In this document: positions 37,400 through 48,095 of the stretch, one piece after another | Layout: every line of letters starts with the position of its first letter | How positions within the stretch are numbered: position 1 is the first letter of the stretch | Assembly: GCF_009834535.1 (NCBI RefSeq) | Contig: NC_045705.1 | Span: 32,488,001-32,552,000 of the forward strand | From: Camelus ferus | Lineage: Eukaryota | DNA: 64,000 bases | Reading direction: 5' to 3' | Notes under the pieces: generated by a model | Told to the model about the DNA's origin: nothing | Database searches by the model: none | Seen by the model: the letters and a program-made list of their open reading frames with translations, nothing else | Program-made: the position numbers and the translations under genes

Positions 37400-37707
37400 T
37401 TCTTCTCTCTTAGATAATGTCCCTACCTCCCATCCCTTTTGTCAACTCTTACTAGAGAATTCAAACTGAGCATCATTTTCTAAGGGATGTTTTGCTGAAA
37501 CCTGAACTTCCTGGGGTTCTGTTATATTTTCTCATCACTGTGTACCTCTACCTGAAAGGAATGACCACAGCTTATGATTAAATGCCCTTTTGTCTAACTG
37601 TTTATTTAAGTCTCTCTCACAATAGACTGTCAGCTCTGTGAGACAGGGTCTGTGTCTGTTTTGCAGACTACTGAATCCCTGACTACTAACACGGTTCCTT
37701 ATTGAAA

Positions 37708-37738
<31 letters not shown>

Positions 37739-37750
37739 GTCAAATAAGTA
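37400..37750 (+). mobile_element. L2 3' end
   Basis: tagactgtcagctctgtgagacagggtctgtgtctgttttg is an L2 terminal motif. Confidence 0.7.
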
Positions 37751-38039
37751 AACTCATATATAATTGAATACATAAGCACTCTGAAAAGTAAGTTATAAGC
37801 ATATGGAAAGACAACTTACCACCAGATGTCAAGATTGTGTTCTAACCCTTGCTTTCAATTTTTCAAGTTCCCACCACTCATTATTTGCATCACCCTCAAT
37901 TGAAACATTTGAGATCAGCTAGTTTAATGTGGTCATTTAAACAGATGAGCAAAGTAAGGCTCCTCAACCTTATGTAATTATCTCTCTCCATTTCCAGCTA
38001 GGAGTGAATAAAAGAACATCACCATCTTTAATAACCTTA

Positions 38040-38162
38040 GGGGGAGGGTATAGCTCAGTAGTAGAATGCTTGTTTAGCATGCACAAGGTTGTGGGTTCAA
38101 TCCCCAGTACCTCCATTAAAAATAAATAAATAAACCTAATTACCACCCCCCAAAAAAGAGCA
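38040..38162 (+). mobile_element. tRNA-derived SINE (camelid Vic-1-like)
   Basis: GGGGGAGGGTATAGCTCAGTAGTAG (A box)...GGGTTCAATCCCC (B box)...AAATAAATAAACCTAATTACC; possible 11-bp TSD TAATAACCTTA / TAGTAACATTA. Confidence 0.9.
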
Positions 38163-38204
38163 TAGTAACATTACTAACATTAATATCCACAAACACTTAC
38201 ATAG

Positions 38205-38420
38205 GGTCATTTATATTGTGGCAGGCACTCTTGCAAGCAGTCTGTGTGTTAGTACACGTAATGCTCAGAAGAATTCTGTTATAAATACTATCAGTATTTC
38301 TGTTTACAAGGGAAGCACTGAAGTACAGAGAGGACAGAGAGGTCGGGCACCTTGGTCAAAGTCACACACCAAGTCAGTGGAAGAGCCATGCTTGTGACAG
38401 ACTCCAGAGACATAACCTTC
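38205..38420 (-). mobile_element. MIR
   Basis: tttacaagggaagcactgaagtacagag...ccttggtcaaagtcacacaccaagtcagtggaagagcc. Confidence 0.65.
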
Positions 38421-38566
38421 ATTTACCCTTCTCCACCCTGCTCTGCTCCAAAGCACAGTCATATCCACTGTATCTCCCACACATGCCCAGTAGCCAGATC
38501 CGGGTGGATGCAGCCAATAGAAAGGGATCTATCTGGTCTGGCACTAAAAGCTAAGCCGTAGCATTC

Positions 38567-39048
38567 TGTTACAAAATATCAATGATTTCCCAAAACGTGA
38601 ATATGAGAAAAGTTTACGTGGTAAAGGTGGTGAAGTGAGGCAAAGCAGGATCCCTCTGTAATAACGGCAGAGCACAGGCAAAACCAGTAAAGCTGCCTAA
38701 ACCATAAAACCGTCAGACACCCTGCCCATCCGGCCAACACAAGGGACTGCTGCTTCTCTACCACGTAAAGCTTTCGCCTTCCTCCAATATATCCACTTTC
38801 TAAACAGGAACCATTAACGTACCAACTCATTTGACATCATCCAATTGAAAGTGTAACCGTGCCTTCTTGAACCCTGTTATAAACAACCTCTTAGGTTGAA
38901 ATCTCTCAGAAAGCCCGGTCCCTAAGACTTCTTACTGAGATGCCCCTGTTTGCCGTGGTGTGTGAGCTCCCTAGCTGAAGCAAGCAACAGCAACACAACT
39001 GTGGCTGCAGGTTCCTGGTGGCCTGTGCCTGGAGAATATCACTTGACG
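38567..39048 (+). mobile_element. Old ERV1-type solo LTR (possibly MER34-like)
   Basis: Begins TGTTA; ends with gcaggttcctggtggcctgtgcctggag...ttgac, a U5 pattern I recall for this group; no clear TSD. Confidence 0.5.
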
Positions 39049-39240
39049 AAATGGTGTAAAGTCTGAGATTTACTTCAAAATATCTTTGGGGGTTAATAGA
39101 TTGGGTAAGAGGACTGGATGAAACCTATCTGACCATGAGTGGACACGCTGAGGCCAGCAGCTTTTCTGGTGGTGGGGTGGGGATTATTCTATCAAATCTT
39201 CGAATGTTGTACATGTTTGAAAATTTCCATAATAAAGAGT
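39049..39240 (+). mobile_element. L1MB/L1MC-like 3' terminus
   Basis: gtctgagatttacttcaaaat...atgtttgaaaatttccataataaagagtt. Confidence 0.7.
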
Positions 39241-40124
39241 TGAGTATATAATAATTAGTTTCTTTAGTATAAAGATTAAAATTTGTTAAAATTTATAAGT
39301 AGCATCATTTTGGGGTTTGAAATATTAGCACGTCTCTGTTAAAAGTATTATCATAGAGGCCAAAAAATGTTTACTCAGGAAAAATAAGAAATGCATATTT
39401 ACGTACATATATGTATGTATATACCTTCAAAATATTTTCTAAATAAGTAAGAAACTGTCCTTTAAAATTAATACCTCTGAATCTGACTAAGGAAGAGCTT
39501 AGAACTAAGATTTAGAAACAGGGTTTAATATATGTCAACAAAGAGAAGAAGATTTGGCTTTTAAAGCAGAGGGCACTGGTCTTAATTCCAAAAGACATAA
39601 TGAATTCGGTTCTTAGTTAAAAGGGAACTAGCAATCCTTTAATAAGCATTCTGAATTAAAAAGACCTTTGAAATCTGAAGCCTTATCTAACCAAACCGAT
39701 TTCCAGAAACTAGTTCTTACCCGCCTCTAAGGCTTATCAGGGATGAAGCATAGATTTTTGAAAGAAAGAAGTAAAAATATGTTTTACAAATAATGTGATC
39801 AGCAAACCCCAAGGAAATCAATCAGAATAATTAAAACTTCCCCCATATGACACCCCATTATAATAGAAATGTAGAAAAAACAATGGAGGAAAACTTATTT
39901 ACAACAGTGTGAGACCTATTATTTGTATATGTATTGAACTAAGATATACATTAAAAATAATCAGATAAAAAGACACTAAAGGAATGGAATTTTTGGCTTA
40001 GAAATGATACTATAATACATTGCTGCTTTCCTTTTAGATTTTATTCAAATTAGCTCAGTGTTTACTAAAATAACAAAATAATAACCTTCATTGTCACCCT
40101 ATATAAATTACTGAAGTTAAAGTT

Positions 40125-40690
40125 ATGACTCTGCTGGAGTCTGTGCCCTCAGGTAGCTCACAGCTGAGTGAGAGGAGAGACATATGGAACACGCAGATCA
40201 CAACATAGTGTGAAAAACGTAACTGACACAAGGAGGTCACAGAGGATACTGAGAAATGGTCGAACAGCCCTCCTTCCACTTGGGGGTCAGGTAGAGAGAA
40301 GATTGAGGTAAACTGGGAAAAAAAAATCTCTACCACAAAGTTATCTTTTGAGCTTGTCGTGAGAAGATGAGAAGGAATGAGACATTTACGCAGAATGGAA
40401 AAGCTGTGGGAAAGCGTTTCACTGACACAGAAAGCACAAACACAGCAGGAAGAGTCACAGTCAGGGAAGGAGAGACTGTGTGGCAGGTTGTGGAGGGGGG
40501 AGCAGGGGAGTCAGGGAGACAGTCAAGGCCCTGGACGCAGAGTGTTGCCTTTCACGTTAATGAGTTTGGACTGAATCCTATAGGAGATAGAAACAATGGG
40601 AATGTCTTATCTACAAGATTGATACAGTCAGATACTTTTCAAAGAGCTCCCTTAAACAAGATAGTGGCTTAACACTGTGGAATGACATGC
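40125..40690 (-). mobile_element. L2 fragment
   Basis: Antisense L2 pattern (gagtttggactgaatcctataggagat...; cttttgagcttg...gaagatgagaagga). Confidence 0.7.
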
Positions 40691-41129
40691 AGTGAATTTG
40701 AAAGAGACGGATACACAGATAAATTAATAAAAAAATGAAATTCAGAATGAAAAATTACATGTTATATGATATGCATGTATCTTAAAAATAAGAGAATGCA
40801 GAGATGCACTTACATAGTTTACTATTCCCTGGGTTAGGTTGCTGGCTTGATAAGAGATTCATAGTTAAAGTGAAATTCTCCTTGAGGAGTGAAAAATAAT
40901 TTATTTGGTTGAGATATGTAACATAATGTAATGATAAATGCATATTTATATATGTGTTTATGTATGTATGTATCTACCTACCTACTTACAGCAATATTCA
41001 AACTATTACTACAAATAAGAGAAGTATCCAAGATTTTCATTATACATACTAAAAGGGACGCTATAATAACACATTCTTGAGAATTTTAGGGTTAGATTAA
41101 TTTTGAACTATATATCCATTCTGCAGCTC

Positions 41130-41322
41130 CACCTTGAATCTTGATTCCAGCTAACATATTCATCAGTTGTGACTTGAGGCAAATTATTTAAATTCTCTGG
41201 GCTTCTCTTATCTGAAATGGGGAAACATTTTTCAACATTATAGTGTTTGCGAGGAATCGTGGTGTGCTGTATGGAGAACTTTTTGATGCCTGGCCTGGAA
41301 CTTAATAAACACCTAATGAACT
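41130..41322 (+). mobile_element. MIR
   Basis: ttgtgacttgaggcaaattatttaaattctctgggcttctcttatctgaaatggg. Confidence 0.65.
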
Positions 41323-41749
41323 TCAGTCACTGTTGTCACGATTGTCATCATGATCATTCTTCTCCTAATCATCACAGAATCATCAGGTTGCAGTTTGCAA
41401 AGTAATGTAATATCTTTTAAAGGTTTTCTCCTCAAACTTGCCATGCACTGTAAGTAGTATTTTTATTTCTTAATTGAGGCTCAGGGTTTATGACCTTCCC
41501 AAGTGCACATGGGGACAGAGTAGACAAGCCTGAGTGCAAACCCAGATCCTGCTCCAAATCTTCTTCTCTTCCCACTGCTTTCTTGTCACCCAGAGGAAAG
41601 AGATTCAAGGCTGAGGAAACTGCCGCCCTTGAGGAATCAGATGATTATTTCAACACATTCAAACTACACGGCATGGTCATTAATCTGAAGTTGAAACTTC
41701 ATGTTTGTTGAGATTGGTTTCTGTTAATATGTCCCATGAAAAAGCTGAG

Positions 41750-42160
41750 AAATGCATTGTAATAAGCCCCCTTGAAACTGATTAGCAAGTAAATCCACTT
41801 TTAGCAATCCACAGTAGGGAATTCTGTTGGCAATGAAGAATTTTTTAATAAGACCCAGAGAGACTTTCATCATTAACACGTAAGCAATGACTGACTTCAA
41901 TTCCTCTTTACTTAATAATCAGCAATTATTTAATTAAAATCAACAAGAGGAGAATTACAATTGCTACCAAAAAAATGGCATTTTTCTTAATTTTCCCACA
42001 TATTCTGAACTTTGGCAGCCTGACCAGAGATGGAAACGCTAACTTAATTTTTTTCATATTATACAGCACGAGCAAACAATAGGCACTTGCGAATTTCTAA
42101 ATTCTGTGGAGAGACACTGCATATTGACCAATTCCCCCAAATTTGGAAATTTAATCACAT
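41750..42160. promoter_or_regulatory. Candidate intergenic OR enhancer (cluster of homeodomain + O/E composite motifs)
   Basis: TAATAA-G-CCCCCTTGA (41760-41775), TAATAA-G-ACCCAGAGA (41846-41861), TCATTA 41870-41875, TTAATTAA 41930-41937. Motif inference only. Confidence 0.35.
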
Positions 42161-43239
42161 ATTAAAACTTTTCAAATTCGATGTCAAGCTATTACTTTTT
42201 TCACAATTAAGGTTTTTGACATATGTTATGGGCGGAATGCCCTGCTAGAATGCATGAAAGGATAGTGATGGGTTTAATCCTTCCCTGAATGAAGAAATCC
42301 AAAAAAGTCTGAAAGGCAAAGGTCTACTCAGATGGAAATAAGATTGCAATAGCAAATGTGAAATACATCTACAGGCAGTATGAGACAGCATATACCACGT
42401 GTGCACAGTTTGGATGGAGGTGATGGTCTGTGAGCTGCAATAAGTGGGCAAAGGGTTGGTTTCTGCATACTTTCGGAATATAAATTATAACCTGAACTGT
42501 GATAAAGTGTTTATTACTCTGGTTTGATCATTTTCTAAAGAAACGAGCAGGACACAAAAAATCTTACCACAATCAAAACATTATATTAAAAGATATCAAA
42601 TTCAGTCACTCCATGAAAAATGAATAAAATAAACTTGCTGGAAGGAATAAGTCAAATTTGCAGCTTAAAAGCCTCAGGGAAATAACTGCATATGTGTGTG
42701 TGTTTCAGTAAAAACTAAAAGAATGTGAATGAAGGTACATTCAGAAGACCCTTCATGCGGAGCCATACACTCCTTTGCCATTAACTAAGAAAGACTGAAA
42801 CTAGGTACGTTAGGAATTAAGTGCCAAAAATTGGGTGAAGAAAATAAAATGCTTAATGTAAACTGATTTAGGAATTAAAAAGAAAAAAGAACTAAATAGA
42901 AGTCCCTTTTTAGACACTTGATCTGTAGTTCCTGACACAAACTGGGGATTTAATATATTATTGTTGAGCAAAAATGAATCTCTCAGAAAGTTTTTGGCAA
43001 TTTGACTCCCACCTATGCCAAGCTCGTTATTTTTTTAAAAGGATGATTCTTCTTTTGCTAATATGTGCTTAATTATCGCTAAAATATAAATCTTACCAAT
43101 GATTAATATGTAGTTTACTAATGATGAAATATACATAAAAGAGAAAACACCATTTTTAGAGAATAAGCTTGGAAAAGTAAAACCTGCATGTATAATTGTT
43201 ACTGTTCCTGCAGAAAAATATGGACATGCTTACAGCTCT

Positions 43240-43565
43240 GCAAGAAATTGAGCTATGTCCCCCCAACATTTAGATGTCAAGGCGATGAGGAGGAGCCAGC
43301 AAAGAACCTGCGAAGGAACGTGCAGGAGGAAAACCAGGAGAGGAGGGAATTCGAGTGGAGAAGGTTAACCAAGGAGTGGTGAGCTACGGCAAATACCACT
43401 GTTAGGCTGAATAACACGACCTCGGTAAGGGGACTTTCCACTGAATAATGGGGGGAAAAGGCTTACTGGAACGATCTTGAGAAATGTCGGAGGACCTGAT
43501 TTGGAGGCAACATGGAAACACACACAACTCTGCTAGGATCAGTGCTGGAAAAGAAGATAATTTAG
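43240..43565 (-). mobile_element. L2 fragment
   Basis: gatgaggaggagccagcaaag...ggaggaaaaccaggagagg is an antisense L2 pattern. Confidence 0.65.
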
Positions 43566-43782
43566 CAATAAGCAAAGTATTTTAAAACAGACACATTATT
43601 TTATTCATTCTATTTTTTAATATTTTATCCTAAAAATATTGGATCATTCTAAACCAATTTTGACTAAGAGAACTTATCATAGCATTATTATTTTCCAAAT
43701 TAGAAAAAAATAACAAGATTTTAATATAGTAAATTAGAGACATGCTTTGGGAAGAATGTCGAATGTTATGTATCCCAGGATA

Positions 43783-43995
43783 CCATCCGCCCTTCATATT
43801 TGTGGGTCCTGAATGTGTGATTCATCCAAGATCCATGGCTGGTGAATCCGCTGATGTGGAACCCCTGGATTGAAGGTCCGACTGCCCTATGCAATTGTGA
43901 ATAAGGGAATTCAGCATCCACTGGTTTGGGCAATGATGCGCTGGGGGAAGGAAGAGGTGTCCTGGAACCAATTCCCCATAGAAATGAATTGCTGG
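43783..43995. mobile_element. MER2-like TcMar-Tigger relic
   Basis: gaatccgctgatgtggaacccctggattgaaggtccgactg and gtcctggaaccaattcccc match recalled MER2 termini. Confidence 0.6.
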
Positions 43996-44168
43996 GAAAA
44001 AATTCATTACAAGCAGTAAATTGTCATATACTCTGAACACAATTTAATAAAATACAAAAAAAAAAAAAAAGAAAAATGAAAAATGAATCGTCCCCAAACT
44101 TAAAGAGCAGTTACTTCTAGAGATTTTTTTTCATATATTTCTGTATATCAGATTTTGTAAACAGCTAA

Positions 44169-44379
44169 CATAGACCTTGAGCAACATGAGGTTAGAGGCA
44201 CCAACTCCTCCAGATGGAAAATCTGCCTATAAGTTTACAGCAGAGTTGCACCTGCAGCTCCACACCTGCAGAGCCACCCGACCACGGGAGGTGTTACTAC
44301 TGGAGCCGTATTTATTGGAAAAAAATCTCCTATGAGTTGATCCACGCTGTTCACACCTGTGTTGTTCAGGTTTCAACTG
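44169..44379. mobile_element. MER8 / Tigger2-derived element
   Basis: gaccttgagcaacatgaggttagaggcacc...tgtgttgttcaggtttcaactg followed by TA. Confidence 0.7.
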
Positions 44380-45099
44380 TACTTTCTTTTCATCCTAGAA
44401 AAATGTATGTATATATATATTTTTTTAACAAAATAAAGGATATATAAAAATGCCCCATACCTATCAATACTAATACTCCAAGGTTTTTTTTTTTTAATAT
44501 ATACAGAAACTGGTTGATTTTATTGAATTATTTTAGTAAATGAGGCGATATGTTTAAAGTCCATTAACCGTAAATTAATAAGAAAGAGGTGGATTATTCA
44601 ATTAATAACATCAGGGCAATTAGTTAGCTATTTGTACATATGATAGCTTAATTCTTGCCTAGGTCATACAACAAATCAATGCCAGGTGATTATAAAGAGT
44701 TAAATGTTTACTCTCTAGGATGTAGATATCAGGTATTTATTGATTACATATTATAAAAGTAAACAAACAGATTGCTGGATAACTTACAACTTCAAGGTAT
44801 AAAACACACTCAGTAAATATAGAACAAATAATTGAATCAGAATCCCTTTGGCTGAGAAGATCACAGGGAATGGAAGGGACAAATGAAAACAAATGATGAA
44901 TACATTAAAAGTAGTTGTAATATTTAAATTGTTTGCCATTTGGTTTTGCTTTTCTTTGTTTTGTTTATAGCAATTGAACTGGACATACGTAACCAAGGAC
45001 TAGTGATTTCATGCTGACATTATTCTAGTTTCAAACATGACTTAAAGTTACCTTTGTTTTTATCAGCTAATCTTCATCTGATTGGAACTTTCTTATCAG

Positions 45100-45302
45100 G
45101 TTGCACCCTGGAGGGTGCACAGTTGCACTCTGGTGCGCTCACATTGGGGGAACACTGGGAATTAACTCTCAACAGAATCGAGACTGCATTATATAAAGGC
45201 CTGGAGCACTGGTTCACATATCTCGACTGTCTGAGAGAGTCCTTGGAAAGGAGACCCCTGGGGAAATATTCGGGGGAAGATTTCTTCCACATGCTGGTAG
45301 GT
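45100..45302 (+). promoter_or_regulatory. Putative promoter and first non-coding exon of the OR at 47139
   Basis: GGGAATTAAC (homeodomain site abutting an O/E half-site, about 45157-45166), TATATAAA 45190-45197, O/E site CCCCTGGGGA 45255-45264, donor CTG|GTAGGT (GT 45297-45298). Confidence 0.55.
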
Positions 45303-45917
45303 TAACAAGTACTGCTGTTGGTCATTACATAGCACCTTATTTCCAAGTCATCCACAATTTTCCCCAATTTAAAACAAAGGAGATGGCCCTGGCTAGTTCA
45401 GCTCCAACTAGATGAAGCTGATGTCTCTTCTCAAGAACGAAACACCTTTCTTAACCCTCCCCAAATGAAATATCTTCTTCAACTGCTGCCTGAGACTTGG
45501 GTGTCCTTTAGAAGAAGAAAACACGTTTTATCTGTTGATAAACAATCAGAAGTCAAATCCTCTGATGAAGAACCTTTGTGTGTGTGGGAGTTGTCTTTCT
45601 CTCAGGGGGGAATGCTGAGGTTTAAGAAACATCTATCAGAGACATTCATGGGTCAATTTGAAATTGATGAGCGTGTCCGGGTTTTGAAAGTTATTTAATT
45701 AAAAAGAAGAAAAATAAAAAAATAAGCCTAATTCCAATGTATGCACAAAGAAAAGTAACTCAGTACCAACACTTCCACTAATTACCCCTAAAACATCTGA
45801 AAGGATACTTATCGTGGAAGACCGAGAGTGGGACCAGAGTCATGTTGCCATGGATGGTAGTGAGCACATGGCGGCCAAATCAGTGTTTTCTCATTTCTTC
45901 TTCTATTCTATTCGCAG

Positions 45918-45996
45918 AATAGTGAGCTATAGCACCGTAGCTGTGTTAGGATGCCAGTTCAGGAAGACAAGCCAGTTCAAACACACCTCTCACACG
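45918..45996 (+). other. Predicted internal 79-nt 5' exon of the OR at 47139, possibly coding from ATG 45951
   Basis: Long pyrimidine tract ending cgcAG (45917); donor ACG|GTGGGT (GT 45997-45998). Confidence 0.45.
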
Positions 45997-46085
45997 GTGG
46001 GTTTCGACTTCGCTAAGTGGAAAATAAACGGATAGAGGGAAATTCTGTTTTCATGTCAGGTTTTATATATGCACTTATATGTAAC

Positions 46086-46178
46086 TGTGTATGTGTGTAT
46101 ATATGCACATATCTGTATGTATATGTGTGTGTTTGTGTATATATGTATGTGCATGTTTGTGTATGTATGCATATATAT
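46086..46178. repeat. Imperfect (TG/TA)n alternating purine-pyrimidine tract
   Basis: Read directly from the sequence. Confidence 0.85.
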
Positions 46179-47138
46179 TTTTTGTTTCTTGTTTTTAGAG
46201 AGCACATTAGGTACAAGTAATAGTATTAAGATGATTCAATAGAGAGAGAAGAAAAAAATTTAAAGGAATAATTTTCTGACCACTCTCACTAAACTATTAG
46301 AAAAAAAAGTTTCCCTTTGGACAAAATGTTTGAGGAGAAAACAGGAATTATTTTTTCTACTTTGTACACTTTTTTAATTTGATAAGGATGATAATTTTTT
46401 TTTATTTTATTACATTCCTCTTGAAATTAAAGTTAGCTATTTATCTTCCTTTAGAAGTTGAAAGGGGCATCGAATTCACAATGACACATCGTCCAAGTGG
46501 AACAGCATAAGGCAGGAATCTCACTTTCTCACATTTTCTATTTCTCTCGTTTTCAAAGAGATTACCACCTTTTAAAAGGAGGAATGCAGTTATAATCACT
46601 GAAAATTTAACAGAAATTGTAGAAAACATTCTTGATTATAAATGTCATAAATAGTTAAAATGCAACATGGCACAACACTTTAATTTAGATAACTATACTT
46701 TAAAAAACAAATAAAAATATCTACTCAAAAAGGCAATAAATTACTACATTAAGGTTCTGCTCTACCAAGAAGAAGATACGGGAGCAGGAAATAAAAAAAA
46801 TGGTTTCTTCTCTTTATTCAATATAATTGAAAATGGTCTGAATCTAAAATATTAAATATCTTTTCAAACATACACCATTTGGTTCATCTTTTCACCTTTA
46901 CTCTGCAGACTTTAATTGGTTTATCTTTATGAGAACTCGACTTTTGACCTCATAAAATTATAAACAGCCAGAGAGGAGAGTTTGAAATGGGATGTGTTTG
47001 TTCTGATATTCTACCACAATGAACAATAATTTCTGAAGCTGAAACACACAAGAGTTGATGCCTGGTGACAATTTCTTATGCCCGGTAATTTTTCGGTCTT
47101 TAACTTGTCTTTCTTCAGCAGTTGAGAGATTGGAACAA

Positions 47139-48095
47139 ATGACTGAAAGGAACAGCACCAGGGTGACGGAATTCATTCTTTTGGGCTTTTCAGTCCGCAG
47201 AGGGATTGAACTCATTCTCTTCCTGCTCGTTTTAGTGGTATATTCTCTAACTCTGGTAGGAAACCTTGGGATGATTTCACTAATCCGACTGGATTCTCGA
47301 CTTCACACGCCCATGTACTTTTTTCTCAGTACTCTGGCCTTTGTAGACCTTTGCTACTCTTCATCAATAGCCCCCAAGCTCCTGCAGACCCTCCTGACCA
47401 GACACAGGTCCATATCTTTCTATGCATGTGCCACACAGCTGGGCTTTTTCCTGAACTTCTTGATCTTGGAGATGTTCCTTCTTTCAGTAATGGCTTATGA
47501 CCGCTATGTTGCCATCTGCAATCCTCTTCTCTACGTGGTGGTCATGTCCCCAAAGGTGTGTCTGCAGCTGGTAACGGGCCCTGTCTTATACAGCTTTTCT
47601 GTTGCTTTGCTCCACACAGTTGTTACTTTCCAACTGATCTACTGTGGCCCCAATGTCATCAATCATTTCTACTGTGATGATGTCCCTTTGATGGCCCTTG
47701 CCTGCTCAGACACCAGCCTCAAGGAGATCTTGATTTTCATCTTTGCTGGACTCAACTTGATCAGCTCTTTGACCACCATCCTTATTTCTTACTTATACAT
47801 TGTGGCTGCCATCCTGAGAATCCAGTCAACAGAAGGGAGGTGCAAAGCATTCTCGACTTGTGGCTCTCATCTGACCGCTGTGACTATATTTTATGGGACT
47901 CTGATCTTCACGTATCTGCAGCCCAAATCAAACCATTCCCTTGACACGGACAAAATGGCCTCTGTGTTCTACACAATAGTCATTCCTATGCTCAACCCCA
48001 TGATCTACAGCTTGAGGAACCAAGAAGTAAAGAATGCCTTGAGGAAAGCCATTGACAAATGCTATGTCCTGCCTCTAATAAACTTTAAAAAGTGA
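47139..48095 (+). CDS. Intact olfactory receptor of the OR8U/OR5 clade, 318 aa from ATG 47139
   Basis: [48 protein letters not shown] and [12 protein letters not shown] are present and Cys are intact. The ORF-track start (47055) lies upstream of the acceptor ttcttcAG (47117-47118) and is probably intronic. Confidence 0.93.
   Translation: MTERNSTRVTEFILLGFSVRRGIELILFLLVLVVYSLTLVGNLGMISLIRLDSRLHTPMYFFLSTLAFVDLCYSSSIAPKLLQTLLTRHRSISFYACATQLGFFLNFLILEMFLLSVMAYDRYVAICNPLLYVVVMSPKVCLQLVTGPVLYSFSVALLHTVVTFQLIYCGPNVINHFYCDDVPLMALACSDTSLKEILIFIFAGLNLISSLTTILISYLYIVAAILRIQSTEGRCKAFSTCGSHLTAVTIFYGTLIFTYLQPKSNHSLDTDKMASVFYTIVIPMLNPMIYSLRNQEVKNALRKAIDKCYVLPLINFKK

Noticed and set aside
36341-38162. tRNA genes suggested by A-box/B-box motifs
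   Set aside because: The motifs are followed by a SINE tail with polyA and TSDs, and the two copies are diverged; these are SINEs, not tRNA genes.
47055-47138. 28-aa N-terminal extension given by the ORF track
   Set aside because: The ATGs at 47055/47058 lie upstream of a strong acceptor (47118) and are probably intronic.
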